45,899 nt of DNA from an uncultured Clostridia bacterium (lineage in GTDB: Bacteria > Bacillota > Clostridia > TANB77 > CAG-508). Under the pieces are notes generated by a model. The model worked only from the letters and a program-made list of their open reading frames with translations, searched no databases and was not told the DNA's origin. The position numbers and the translations under genes are program-made. Positions 1 to 9,792 of this stretch are shown here, one piece after another. Location of the stretch: positions 1 through 45,899 of the forward strand of contig CALXUZ010000003.1 of assembly GCA_944391825.1 (NCBI GenBank), written 5' to 3'. Position 1 is the first letter of the stretch. Each line of letters opens with the position of its first letter.

Positions 1-2
1 AT

Positions 3-671
3 GTTGTAACAGGTGTTATGAGTTTTGAAGAAATGGATGCAATGATGTATAAAATTGAAGGAGAAGATTTGTATTTAATTGGTACAAGTGAGCATTCTAT
101 GATTGGTAAATTTAAAGACCAATTATTACCTAAAAATCAATTACCATATACAATGACTTCTTATTCACCATGCTTTAGAAAAGAAAAAGGTGCACATGGC
201 ATTGAAGAACGTGGTGTTTACCGTATTCATCAATTCGAAAAACAAGAAATGATAGTAGTATGTGAACCAGAAAATAGCTGGGAGTGGTATGATAAGCTAT
301 GGTCATATACAGTTGAATTATTTAGAAGCATGGATATTCCTGTTCGTACACTTGAGTGTTGTAGTGGGGATTTAGCAGATTTAAAAGCTAAAAGCTGTGA
401 TGTTGAAGCTTGGAGTCCAAGACAGAAAAAATATTTCGAGGTTGGAAGTTGCTCTAATTTAACAGATGCACAAGCAAGACGTTTAGGAATTAGAATTAAA
501 GGTGAAAAAGGAAATTATTATGCACATACATTAAATAATACTGTTGTTGCTCCTCCTCGTATGTTAATTGCACTACTAGAAAACCACTATAACGAAGATG
601 GCAGTGTTACTATACCAGAAGTGTTATGGCCATACATGGGTGGAACTAAGGTTTTAATGCCTAAAAAATAA
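3..671 (+). CDS. serS: Seryl-tRNA synthetase, C-terminal part (5' end outside window)
   Basis: Class II motifs LIGTSEH, CFRKEKGAHG, RIHQFEKQE, EVGSCSN, HTLNNT; frame open from position 3. Confidence 0.95.
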   Translation, partial: VVTGVMSFEEMDAMMYKIEGEDLYLIGTSEHSMIGKFKDQLLPKNQLPYTMTSYSPCFRKEKGAHGIEERGVYRIHQFEKQEMIVVCEPENSWEWYDKLWSYTVELFRSMDIPVRTLECCSGDLADLKAKSCDVEAWSPRQKKYFEVGSCSNLTDAQARRLGIRIKGEKGNYYAHTLNNTVVAPPRMLIALLENHYNEDGSVTIPEVLWPYMGGTKVLMPKK

Positions 672-690
672 TTTTGAAAGGATTTTTGTT

Positions 691-1275
691 ATGTTGATTA
701 AAAACCCTATATTAACAGTTTCAGCTGTAAGCCCTAAGCAATACCCAAAAGATAATTTACCAGAAATTGTTCTGGTTGGCAAATCAAATGTAGGTAAATC
801 TTCGTTCATAAATACTTTAGTTAATCGCAAAAAATTAGCCAGAACCAGTAGCGAACCTGGCAAAACTAGGCAAATAAACTTTTATAACATGGATAATAAA
901 TTTTATTTGGTTGATTTACCTGGATATGGATATAGTAAAATGTCAAAACAAGAACAAGAAAAAGTCGGAAATTTTATAGAAGAATATTTGCAAAAAAGCA
1001 AAAATATAGCTCTAATTGTTTTTTTACTAGATATTCGTCATGAACCAACTTCAAATGATAAATTAATGTATGACTATATTTTTAAAACAAATTTACCTTG
1101 CCTAATAATTGCAAATAAGGCTGATAAGATTGCTGTTACTAAAGTAGAATCAGCAGTTAATAGCCTGCAAGAAATCTTAAATCCTTTAAAAGACATTGTT
1201 TTTCTTCCATTTTCAAGTGAAAGAAAAATTTATACAGATGATGTTTGGAACATTTTAAAACAATACATCCATTGA
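691..1275 (+). CDS. engB: Ribosome biogenesis GTPase YihA/YsxC (EngB)
   Basis: GKSNVGKSS P-loop, PGKT, DLPGYG, NKADK; GAAAGGA RBS. Confidence 0.95.
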   Translation: MLIKNPILTVSAVSPKQYPKDNLPEIVLVGKSNVGKSSFINTLVNRKKLARTSSEPGKTRQINFYNMDNKFYLVDLPGYGYSKMSKQEQEKVGNFIEEYLQKSKNIALIVFLLDIRHEPTSNDKLMYDYIFKTNLPCLIIANKADKIAVTKVESAVNSLQEILNPLKDIVFLPFSSERKIYTDDVWNILKQYIH

Positions 1276-1374
1276 CTATTATATATTTTTGTTATATAAT
1301 AGTTGTATGTTCAATAGAACTAGCACATTTCTATTTGTTCTAATTGAGCAAATAAAATCAAAGGGGGCCATTTT

Positions 1375-1620
1375 ATGGCATCAGGTAGTCTTAAGCAGTA
1401 TGCAGTCGTAGGTTTCCTTTCTGACGATGAAGCGCATAGCGCAATGAAAGCTGCACTTCGGGAATTCAGAAGTGACCTCAGCACCTTTCACAATCTGAGT
1501 CATTGTGAAGGTAATATTGTCTATCTTCACGCCCGAAACCTTGAGGAAAAAAAGTATATTGAAAACTTCCTCTTGGCACAACCAGGAGCGCAACCCAAGG
1601 GTTGCCGTTGTAAGATTTGA
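1375..1620 (+). CDS. Small hypothetical protein, 81 aa
   Basis: TTGACT-17-TATAAT promoter near 1272-1300, AAGGGGG RBS, stop just before a hairpin terminator; family not recognised; in-frame CGG at 1459. Confidence 0.6.
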   Translation: MASGSLKQYAVVGFLSDDEAHSAMKAALREFRSDLSTFHNLSHCEGNIVYLHARNLEEKKYIENFLLAQPGAQPKGCRCKI

Positions 1621-1630
1621 GGCTATATAT

Positions 1631-1658
1631 AGAGGGTGTCCTTTTTAGGACACCCTCT
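1631..1658. terminator. Hairpin terminator between convergent genes
   Basis: AGAGGGTGTCCT-tttt-AGGACACCCTCT, 12 bp stem. Confidence 0.75.
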
Positions 1659-1663
1659 CCCTG

Positions 1664-3313
1664 TTATTTTACAATCTTTCTAATTCTTTTTTCTATGCTT
1701 TCTTTTCCCAACACTTGCATAATTTCATATAAATCTGGTGTGTTTTGCCTTCCTGTTAAACTTACCCTTAATACTGTACTAATATCTCCCACATGGCCTG
1801 GCCATTTTTCAGGTTCTTGCTTATATATTTTTACTTCTCTTGCATATCCTAATTCTTCAGATAAGTCCTTAATTTTATCAAACCATGCTTGTTTATCATC
1901 ATTTATATCAAAATATTTTTCCAAATATAATTTTAGAATTCTCTTTATTTCCTCAGGCTCATTAATTTTTCCATATTCAAGTTCGGAATTATCATTTAAA
2001 AATTCTTCATCATACATATATATAATGGCATTTTTTAAATCTGACCATTTGCTAATATCTTTTCTTGGTTTTGCATTTCCTCTTTCTATACCTAAAATTC
2101 TTAAAGCATATTCTTTATCATCTAATAATTTTAAAAGTTCAGCATCATAAGTTTTTGCCCAATTATACGCCTCATTATATACCTCTTCTGCAGTAAACTT
2201 TGATATTACATTTTTAGAAATATCCAAAATCTTAATAATATCAAATAAAGCTCCACTTACACTCATTTTGTTTAGTTGTAATTCAAAATCATCTAACAAA
2301 GCATTTGGATTTGCTTTTCTCCAACTTTCAAAATTAGAATTGGCAATATTCATTAAATATTCCACAACTGCCTCTTTGGGAATTCCTTCTTCTGTATAAT
2401 AACTAACAGCTGCTTCTGGGTCTTTACGTTTACTTAATTTCCTTTTTCCACCATTATCTTCTTTCATAATCGGTGAAATATGTGCATATTTAGGTGTTTT
2501 AAAACCAAGCATTTGAAATAACTGCAAATGCAAAGGAATTGAAGAAAGCCACTCATCACCACGGATAACATGTGTTGTGTGCATTAAATGGTCATCAACA
2601 GCATGTGCAAAATGATATGTTGGAAGTCCATCAGCTTTAATAATAACAATATCTTGGTCATTTTCAGGAAATTCCACATTTCCTTTTATAATATCATGAT
2701 GTCTAATTTTTTTATCTTCTCTACCAGGAGATTTTAGCCTTATTATATATGGCTCCCCTGCTTTTATTTTTTCCATTGCTTCTTCAACTGTTAAATTTCT
2801 GCAATGAGCCCATACTCCGTAATATCCAGGTCTTATTTTAGCATTTTCCTGTTTTTGCCTCATTTCATCCAATTCTTCTGTACTACAAAAACATGGATAT
2901 GCCTTTCCCTGTTCTATTAAATATTTTGCATATGCTTGGTAAATATCTTTTCTTAATGATTGTTTATATGGTCCATAATCACCAATTTCATCTGTTTCAC
3001 TTGTCATACCCTCATCAGGAGTTAACCCAAAATCCTTTAAAGAATTTATAATACCAGTTACACCATTTTCTACTTCTCTTTTTTGGTCAGTATCTTCAAC
3101 TCTTAAAAAGAATACTCCATTTGTTTGTTTTGCCATTTTTCTAGCAATTACCACTTGATATAAAGAACCTAAATGCACAAAACCAGTTGGGCTAGGTGCA
3201 AACCTTGTTACAATAGCGCCTTCTTCTAGTTTTCTTTCTGGATATTTTTCTTCATAATATGAAATTGGTTTTGCATTTGGAAAAATTAAATCAGCTAAAT
3301 CTTTGTAATTCAT
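1664..3313 (-). CDS. gltX: Glutamate-tRNA ligase
   Basis: TRFAPSPTGFVHLGS (HIGH-like), RVEDTDQ, THVIRG, KLSKR; start placed at MNYKDL after AGAAAGGA. Confidence 0.95.
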   Translation of the reverse strand: MNYKDLADLIFPNAKPISYYEEKYPERKLEEGAIVTRFAPSPTGFVHLGSLYQVVIARKMAKQTNGVFFLRVEDTDQKREVENGVTGIINSLKDFGLTPDEGMTSETDEIGDYGPYKQSLRKDIYQAYAKYLIEQGKAYPCFCSTEELDEMRQKQENAKIRPGYYGVWAHCRNLTVEEAMEKIKAGEPYIIRLKSPGREDKKIRHHDIIKGNVEFPENDQDIVIIKADGLPTYHFAHAVDDHLMHTTHVIRGDEWLSSIPLHLQLFQMLGFKTPKYAHISPIMKEDNGGKRKLSKRKDPEAAVSYYTEEGIPKEAVVEYLMNIANSNFESWRKANPNALLDDFELQLNKMSVSGALFDIIKILDISKNVISKFTAEEVYNEAYNWAKTYDAELLKLLDDKEYALRILGIERGNAKPRKDISKWSDLKNAIIYMYDEEFLNDNSELEYGKINEPEEIKRILKLYLEKYFDINDDKQAWFDKIKDLSEELGYAREVKIYKQEPEKWPGHVGDISTVLRVSLTGRQNTPDLYEIMQVLGKESIEKRIRKIVK

Positions 3314-3432
3314 AATTACACACAATCCTTTCTTAAGATACAAATGTTGTTGAAAAAGAATTTTTTCAACCTTTAAATAAACAAATTTTAACGTGCTTAT
3401 ATAAGCACGTTACTATTTTACAACATTTTTAA

Positions 3433-3606
3433 TTAATATTCAATGGGTTGACTCTTAATCATTTGAATTAATTCTGGCATAGCCACTTCATTGTTTGCAA
3501 ATTTTTTAAACATATCTATATCATTTTGTGTAATTTCCATACCTTCTATTGCTAAATCATTTTGGATATTTTCTATATTAAAATTAAAAACTTCTTCATT
3601 AAACAT
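3433..3606 (-). CDS. 57 aa VbhA-like (Fic antitoxin-like) protein, not in ORF track
   Basis: GGAGGG RBS then MFNEEVFNFNIENIQNDLAIEGMEITQNDIDMFKKFANNEVAMPELIQMIKSQPIEY; LAIEGM followed by a helical pattern typical of VbhA; TGGTATAAT upstream. Confidence 0.65.
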   Translation of the reverse strand: MFNEEVFNFNIENIQNDLAIEGMEITQNDIDMFKKFANNEVAMPELIQMIKSQPIEY

Positions 3607-3690
3607 TTTTTACCCTCCAAAATTCGATTTATAGTATAACCACACTACATATCTATTATACCACAAATTCACAAAAAAGTCCAGCTTTTT

Positions 3691-3740
3691 TGGGGACGGG
3701 TCCCAGTCACCCTATTTAGGGTGACTTAGGGACGGTTCTT
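3691..3740. repeat. GGGAC-type REP-like palindrome cluster
   Basis: GGGAC-gg-GTCCC, AGTCACCCTA-tt-TAGGGTGACT, TTAGGGACGGTTC; related motifs near 24903-24980, 25240-25258 and 33186-33199. Confidence 0.5.
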
Positions 3741-3811
3741 CTAATCCCTTCTTTAGTGTCAGTCGCAAATATTACCCCTTGTGTCCTACCTAAGGACAAA
3801 TTTGTGCTAAA

Positions 3812-3836
3812 AAAAGAGCCTTAAATAGGCTCTTTT
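3812..3836 (-). terminator. Intrinsic terminator of hup
   Basis: AAAAGAGCCT-taaat-AGGCTCTTTT, with U-tract on the minus strand. Confidence 0.75.
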
Positions 3837-3871
3837 AAATATGAATTCATATAATTTATATAAATTTCAGA

Positions 3872-4150
3872 TTATTTTTTGTTTACTAAATCTTTTAAAG
3901 CTTTACCAGCTTTGAATACAGGTGCTTTAGATGCAGGAATTTTAATTTCTTCTTTAGTTTGTGGGTTTCTTCCTTTTCTAGCAGCTCTTTTTCTAACTTC
4001 AAAAGATCCAAATCCAACTAATTGAACTTTATCTCCTTTTGTTAATGCTTCTGCTATTACTGTTGTAAATGCATTTAATGCTACCTCAGCATCTTTTTTT
4101 GTTGCTCCTGTTTTAGCTGCCATAGCTGAAATTAATTCTGATTTGTTCAT
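3872..4150 (-). CDS. hup: DNA-binding protein HU
   Basis: MNKSELI...[24 protein letters not shown]...[11 protein letters not shown]. Confidence 0.97.
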   Translation of the reverse strand: MNKSELISAMAAKTGATKKDAEVALNAFTTVIAEALTKGDKVQLVGFGSFEVRKRAARKGRNPQTKEEIKIPASKAPVFKAGKALKDLVNKK

Positions 4151-4310
4151 TTTAATATACCTCCTATAAGATTTTGAATATGTAGAACTTTTTCTACTAA
4201 TAACTTAATTCGTCATTATTTGATAAAATCCTTCTTTTTTTTATTATTTTTTTCCGCAAAGCCTATGTTTTTGCTGGTTTTGCAAGTATGAAACCTTAGA
4301 TTTCTTTGTT

Positions 4311-5966
4311 TTAGCCAGCTACGTGTTTCTCCTTACTCACATACGGCTTTAAGAATTCATAAAACTTTTTTCCATATGGTAGCATAAATATTTCTTCTTT
4401 AGAAAAAATTTTAAGCAATACTACTAAAATTATATATACTGTAAAGGCTGTTAATATTGCTAATATGATAACCATATTTGCATTTTTTATTACAGAAAAT
4501 AAATATAAATATGTATAATATGACGTTCCCCCCATAATTGCTACTGCAATTAATGGCTTAACTATAAATTTTTTATAATCCAATTTTATTTTTATCTCTT
4601 TTTTTAATACCTTAAATTCAATGCTTACTGCAATCATATGGCAAACTGCTGTTGCAAATGCTGCCCCTGCCGTTCCACCCAAAATGCAGACTTCTGGATT
4701 AATCGGAACCAACAATAAATTTAAAATCAATTTAATTATAACCCCAGTTCCAAGTGCAATTGCAGGCACAAATAATTTTCCTAATCCATGTAATGTTGCA
4801 CTAATAGTTTGCTCCAATACTATAAAAATAATGCTCAAACAGCTAATTTGATATATAAAACTTCCTGAAGTTGCATTTGGAAAAAGCAATCTTAAAATTG
4901 GTTCTGCAAATATAATCATACAAACCATAAATGGTAAACCTATTAATGTACTAATTAATATGGAAAAAGAAACTCTTTTTCTAATAGTCTCGAAATCGCC
5001 TATAGCTTTCGCAGATGATATGGCAGGAATTAAAGCTGTAGCAAATGCTATATTTAAAGACATTGGAAGTGTCACCAAAGTATCCACCTTTCCACTTAAA
5101 ATTCCATATTGTGTTTTTGCCTGGTCACTACTCAAAAAATTCTTTAATCCCCTCACAACTGTCATTGAATCTATATTTTTATTTATTGTACCCATTATTC
5201 CTGTAAGAGACATTGGTACAGACACAGATAATATTTGTTTTAATGTTTTTCTTACTCTTGTTGCTTTGTGATTAACTGTATTTTTTATTTCCCATGCAAT
5301 TTCTTTTTTCATATTTTTATAATATTTATATAAATATAAAAAACATAATATTGTTGCTAAGCTTGTTGCCAAATTTGCTCCAGCAGCCATAATAGTTGTA
5401 TTAACACCAGATAAAATGCTAATTATTTCTACTAATGTTATAGAAAAAACTGTTTTAAAAAATTGTTCTAAAGTTTGCGAATTTGCTGTTACTTTTAAAT
5501 TTTCTCTTCCACTAAAATATCCTTTAATAACACATGAAATCGATACAAAAAATATTGATGGAGAAAGTGCTACAAGTGTTAATTCTGCCTCTGGAATTTG
5601 TAAAACATTTTGTGCAATAAATTTTGCTCCTAAAAATAGAATAGTGCTAGATAAAAATCCCAGTGTACCAAAACTAATTAACGCTATTTTAAAAATATGG
5701 TGTGCACCTTTATGGTCACCAATTGCAACTTTTTCAGAAATTAATTTTGAAACAGCATTTGGAACTCCCATTGAAGAAATTGTTAAAAATAGAGCATAAA
5801 TTTGAAATCCGCTACTATAAATTGCATTTCCTATATCGCCAAACCCTTCTCTATTTGTTAAATAAAGTTTATATATCACTCCTAGACATTTTACTAAAAT
5901 TTGTGAAAACATTAAAACAAAGACACTCTGCATAAAGCTTTCTTTTTGTATTGCTCTTTTCTTCAT
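4311..5966 (-). CDS. SpoVB/MurJ-family MOP flippase (polysaccharide biosynthesis protein)
   Basis: Many TM helices; SSMGVPNAVSKLISE, SQTLEQ, QYGILSG and ALIPAIS motifs typical of SpoVB/YabM/YtgP. Confidence 0.85.
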   Translation of the reverse strand: MKKRAIQKESFMQSVFVLMFSQILVKCLGVIYKLYLTNREGFGDIGNAIYSSGFQIYALFLTISSMGVPNAVSKLISEKVAIGDHKGAHHIFKIALISFGTLGFLSSTILFLGAKFIAQNVLQIPEAELTLVALSPSIFFVSISCVIKGYFSGRENLKVTANSQTLEQFFKTVFSITLVEIISILSGVNTTIMAAGANLATSLATILCFLYLYKYYKNMKKEIAWEIKNTVNHKATRVRKTLKQILSVSVPMSLTGIMGTINKNIDSMTVVRGLKNFLSSDQAKTQYGILSGKVDTLVTLPMSLNIAFATALIPAISSAKAIGDFETIRKRVSFSILISTLIGLPFMVCMIIFAEPILRLLFPNATSGSFIYQISCLSIIFIVLEQTISATLHGLGKLFVPAIALGTGVIIKLILNLLLVPINPEVCILGGTAGAAFATAVCHMIAVSIEFKVLKKEIKIKLDYKKFIVKPLIAVAIMGGTSYYTYLYLFSVIKNANMVIILAILTAFTVYIILVVLLKIFSKEEIFMLPYGKKFYEFLKPYVSKEKHVAG

Positions 5967-6162
5967 TTTTGCCTCTTTTCCCTATGTTTTTGTTAAATTT
6001 TATGCAGTGATACTAAATTTTAGACATTAAGTCTAATAGCCAATTGTCCATTTGGCTTATAAAATACAATTAAAATCAACATTTTTCGTAAAATCTCTTG
6101 TTTTTTTCTTCATTTTATAGGATAATATATATGTATGATTAGAAAGAAAGCGGTGAACTTTT

Positions 6163-8523
6163 TTGAAAATAATAGATAACTTTTTAAAGTTTTTAAAAAC
6201 AGATAGAAATACATTTGCAACATATATTTTAACATTAATTTCTGCATATATTTTAATTGATAGAATTGTAGAATTACTGTTTATTATATTTACCGGTGTT
6301 GCTTATTCATATTGGGGACCAATAGAATATTTCTTTGCATTAGCATGTATAACCTTTGCATTTTTATTCTCAGGTGGTTCAAAATTTGCTAAATCTGATG
6401 TTGATAAATTGCGAATTTTCCACACATTTATAATAACCTTTTATGTGGTTGCAATGTCAGCAGGTGTGCAATGGCTTAACCAAGCATTATGGATAGGATT
6501 ATTATCACTTCCAAACTATGCAGATTTAGCAACTAATTTTTACTATTTGTTCAGGCCAGCATTTACTGCATTAGGGCTTTACATACCACTTGTCACATTT
6601 TATAAATTATTTAAATGGCTATTATTTACAATTAATGATACAAAAGATATTCGCGATTCCATATTTGATTATGGTGGAATTAGTTTATCCTCAGATAAAG
6701 AAGCACATGGCGCATATACTTGTGAAGTAAAAGTCTGTGTGGACTCAGAAAATGGGCAAGATATATACATACCAGAGAGTAAGCGTTTTGAATCATTTTT
6801 AGTTGTTGGTGTTTCTGGCTCTGGTAAAACCACAATGGTTTATGAGCCAATGCTTGCCAGAGATATAGAAAGAAAATCTTTCTTTAAAGAAGTATCTAAA
6901 GAACTTGGTTTTACCGCATTAAAAACAGGACTTGCAACTATTGATTGCCCTTATGATAATGACTATATAAATGAGCATTTTAGTTTAGACATGCTAATTC
7001 CAAATCCAGATAAAATAGATACTTATAAAGCATTTATGAAAAAAATGATTATTAGTAGTTCTGGAGATAAAATTGTATATAGAAATATGGGTATTACATA
7101 TGTTTCTGCTGAACATGAATCTGTAGAAAAAATTAAAAAAGTGGCTGATAATTTTCATATACCAGTTAACTTAGTAGACCCAAACCGTGCAGACTCACCT
7201 GGATTGAACCCATTTGTTTATTCAGACCCTATAAAAACAGGTGTTGCAATTTCTTCTGTTTTAAAAGGTTTATTCGTACATAGTAGACCAGATACAGAGC
7301 TTGCATACAGAGAAAATGAAGCTGTGCAAATTATAGAAAACTTATCAATTTTATTAAAAGAAATGTATCCTTTACAACATGAAGGCTTACTTCCAAACCT
7401 AGAGGATATGCTAAATATGCTAACAGACTTCAGCTTAGTAGAAAAGACTGTTGAGGAAATGAAGCAAATTCCTGAACTAGCAGAAAAATACCGTATTTTA
7501 ATTAAATATTTTGAAAACAACTTTTATGAAAGCGGTAAAAATGTATTTAATGCAAAAAAATCTGTTTCTACTGCATCTGCTGAACTAGATAATTTACTAA
7601 GATATCCAGGTGTTAAAAGTATTTTATGTAATAGGTCTAATAACCTAGAATATGATAAAATTTTAGCAAATGGTGATGTAACTTTACTATGCACACGCAG
7701 AGGTGATTTAGGAGAAACTGCACATAAGGCTTTTGGTTTATTCTTCTTGTTACTAATGCAGCAATCTGTGCTTTCAAGACCAGGAAATGACAGCACACGT
7801 ATACCACACTTTTTATATATTGATGATTTCCCTGCATATATTTGTAAAGCAACAGAACCAATATATACTTTATACAGAAAATATAAAGTTGCTACAGTTC
7901 TAGATTCTCAGAACTTATCACAATTAAAAGGTGATGCATATACAGATTCTCGTGGTACTTATTTTAGAGATTTAATTTTAGCTAATACTGTTAATAAATT
8001 TATATTTGGTAATGCTTTACCAGAAGATGTTAAATGGTGGGAAACTGCAATGCAAGATAAGAGAGAGTGGGATTGGACTGATACTTATAATTCTGATAAA
8101 ACAGAATATGATTCTAAAAAAGGTGGTATTAAATTTCAATGGACACCAAATTATAAAGCTGGTAAAATTATGTCCTTAAAATCTAAACAGGTTATTTATA
8201 AAGTAAAAGACCTAAAAGGCAAGAGTATTGTTAATAAGGGTAAAGTAGATTTTATGGAAGCTAAATACAAAACACCACAAAAAGTTAAGAACTATGATTT
8301 TACTAAATTTACTAATGGTATTTACAACTCAGAGTCAGTAGCTAAAAAAATATTTAACAAAAACAGAGGCAATTATGCAGCAGCCACTTCTAGTAATGAT
8401 AATTATGATGTGGAACGCGAATACGACCCAATAAAAACAGATACATCTGATTCAAATTACTTTTTAGATAATGATGATGCAATTATTTTTGATTTGAATA
8501 AAAAGAAAAACGATAATGCATAA
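6163..8523 (+). CDS. Membrane-anchored VirD4/TraD-like (type IV coupling protein-like) ATPase
   Basis: About 4-5 N-terminal TM helices, Walker A GVSGSGKTT, LNPF motif, Walker B HFLYIDDF, RKYKV...SQNLSQL...ILANT typical of the TraG/TraD C-terminal domain; TTG start with AAAGCGGTG RBS. Confidence 0.75.
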   Translation: MKIIDNFLKFLKTDRNTFATYILTLISAYILIDRIVELLFIIFTGVAYSYWGPIEYFFALACITFAFLFSGGSKFAKSDVDKLRIFHTFIITFYVVAMSAGVQWLNQALWIGLLSLPNYADLATNFYYLFRPAFTALGLYIPLVTFYKLFKWLLFTINDTKDIRDSIFDYGGISLSSDKEAHGAYTCEVKVCVDSENGQDIYIPESKRFESFLVVGVSGSGKTTMVYEPMLARDIERKSFFKEVSKELGFTALKTGLATIDCPYDNDYINEHFSLDMLIPNPDKIDTYKAFMKKMIISSSGDKIVYRNMGITYVSAEHESVEKIKKVADNFHIPVNLVDPNRADSPGLNPFVYSDPIKTGVAISSVLKGLFVHSRPDTELAYRENEAVQIIENLSILLKEMYPLQHEGLLPNLEDMLNMLTDFSLVEKTVEEMKQIPELAEKYRILIKYFENNFYESGKNVFNAKKSVSTASAELDNLLRYPGVKSILCNRSNNLEYDKILANGDVTLLCTRRGDLGETAHKAFGLFFLLLMQQSVLSRPGNDSTRIPHFLYIDDFPAYICKATEPIYTLYRKYKVATVLDSQNLSQLKGDAYTDSRGTYFRDLILANTVNKFIFGNALPEDVKWWETAMQDKREWDWTDTYNSDKTEYDSKKGGIKFQWTPNYKAGKIMSLKSKQVIYKVKDLKGKSIVNKGKVDFMEAKYKTPQKVKNYDFTKFTNGIYNSESVAKKIFNKNRGNYAAATSSNDNYDVEREYDPIKTDTSDSNYFLDNDDAIIFDLNKKKNDNA

Positions 8524-8543
8524 GTAAATATAAATATAAAATA

Positions 8544-8572
8544 TTGTTTTTTTACATTAATTATGCTATAAT
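8544..8572 (+). promoter_or_regulatory. Sigma-A promoter with extended -10
   Basis: TTGTTT-17 bp-TATAAT with TG at -15/-14. Confidence 0.55.
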
Positions 8573-8642
8573 TTAATTATTGTATATTTTATACAATTAA
8601 AAATCTCAGCTAGATTGGATTACTTTGAAAGGAGAGTTTTCC

Positions 8643-8783
8643 ATGAGTTATGTTCCTAATATTGATGATTGCTCCTATGACGAAGAAATGGGTGCATTCT
8701 ATGATTCGGAATCCGGTAACTACTATACCGAGGATGAAAATGGCTTTATCTATGAAGCGGGAGATGAAAATCGCTGTAATTAA
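8643..8783 (+). CDS. 46 aa acidic, Tyr-rich small protein, not in ORF track
   Basis: GAAAGGAGAG RBS; MSYVPNIDDCSYDEEMGAFYDSESGNYYTEDENGFIYEAGDENRCN; own promoter and downstream terminator. Confidence 0.7.
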   Translation: MSYVPNIDDCSYDEEMGAFYDSESGNYYTEDENGFIYEAGDENRCN

Positions 8784-8818
8784 TTTTAAACATTAGATAA
8801 ACATTATTTCTAGCTGAG

Positions 8819-8850
8819 AAAAACCCCAAGTTCAATAACTTGGGGTTTTT
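8819..8850. terminator. Bidirectional intrinsic terminator
   Basis: AAAAACCCCAAGTT-caat-AACTTGGGGTTTTT. Confidence 0.85.
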
Positions 8851-9792
8851 TTAAATTCCTAATAATTTAACTTCAATATTTTCCATTTTATATTTTTGTG
8901 TTTGCTCATCTAATTTAAATTCTACTAATGTTTTTTCTAAAGTTTCCTCATTTTGTCTTAAATCTGTTGTAAAGTATAATTTAATATTAGATATTTCCAC
9001 TCTATTTATTACAATTGTTTTAAATGTTTCTGCCATGTGTTTTTCATCTTCACAAACTAATATTAGTTGTGGAAGTTGCATACATCCAGAATCTCCTGTC
9101 TGATAATTCTCATAAAAGTCTTTATATAGCTTCATTTTATCAACCGTTTTCTTTTCCCAGTCATCTTCCCTACGTATTACTTCAAAAACAAATTGTATTG
9201 ATTTATTATTCTTAGTTAATTTTACACTTCCGCCACTTGCTTTAAATATTTTTCCTGCCATTTTAGCTGTAAATGCTGGTTTTGGTATATAAGAATCAAA
9301 TGCTTTTACTTTTCTTAAATATGCTATCATAACTTGATTTCCAGCCAATCTTTTCTTTATCATTGCAACAGGCTTTGTGTTATCTGTTGGTTGCCATTTA
9401 CAGTCAATTCCACGCGAATTAAGCAGATATTTTCCCATTTTTTCTAGGCAGTAAATACGGTAAATTCCCTTTCCATCTTCTGAATCAAAATAGTATCTAG
9501 TTAATATTTTTGTTTTTACTAATTGCTCTAGTTTTGTATTTAGTTTATCTTGTGAACCAATTTCAATTCCTTTCCACTCTAGCATTTGTAATAATTGCCT
9601 TGAAGTAATAAATTCAAATTCATTTACTAATTCCATAATTGCAAAATGAAGGTCATTTATATGCCCTATATTAATTCTATGGATAATTTGGTTCATTGAT
9701 ACATATCCATCTTTTCCATCAAAAACTTTAAGTTCACCTTTCCTAATTGCAAAAGGTGATACGGTTGCTTTAATTTCATTATCTTCTACCAT
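8851..9792 (-). CDS. Replic_Relax (MOBC relaxase-like) family protein
   Basis: N-terminal wHTH (AIMELVNEFEFITSRQL...LEQLVKTKILTR...IYCLEKMGKYLL) followed by a restriction-endonuclease-like region (FVFEVIRR...DKMKLY...PQLILVC); AGGAGG RBS. Confidence 0.6.
   Translation of the reverse strand: MVEDNEIKATVSPFAIRKGELKVFDGKDGYVSMNQIIHRINIGHINDLHFAIMELVNEFEFITSRQLLQMLEWKGIEIGSQDKLNTKLEQLVKTKILTRYYFDSEDGKGIYRIYCLEKMGKYLLNSRGIDCKWQPTDNTKPVAMIKKRLAGNQVMIAYLRKVKAFDSYIPKPAFTAKMAGKIFKASGGSVKLTKNNKSIQFVFEVIRREDDWEKKTVDKMKLYKDFYENYQTGDSGCMQLPQLILVCEDEKHMAETFKTIVINRVEISNIKLYFTTDLRQNEETLEKTLVEFKLDEQTQKYKMENIEVKLLGI

Noticed and set aside
1617-2150. Long antisense ORFs (e.g. 1617-2150, 25923-26591, 44677-45402 and many shorter ones)
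   Set aside because: Shadow frames opposite well-supported genes, with no RBS or recognisable motifs.
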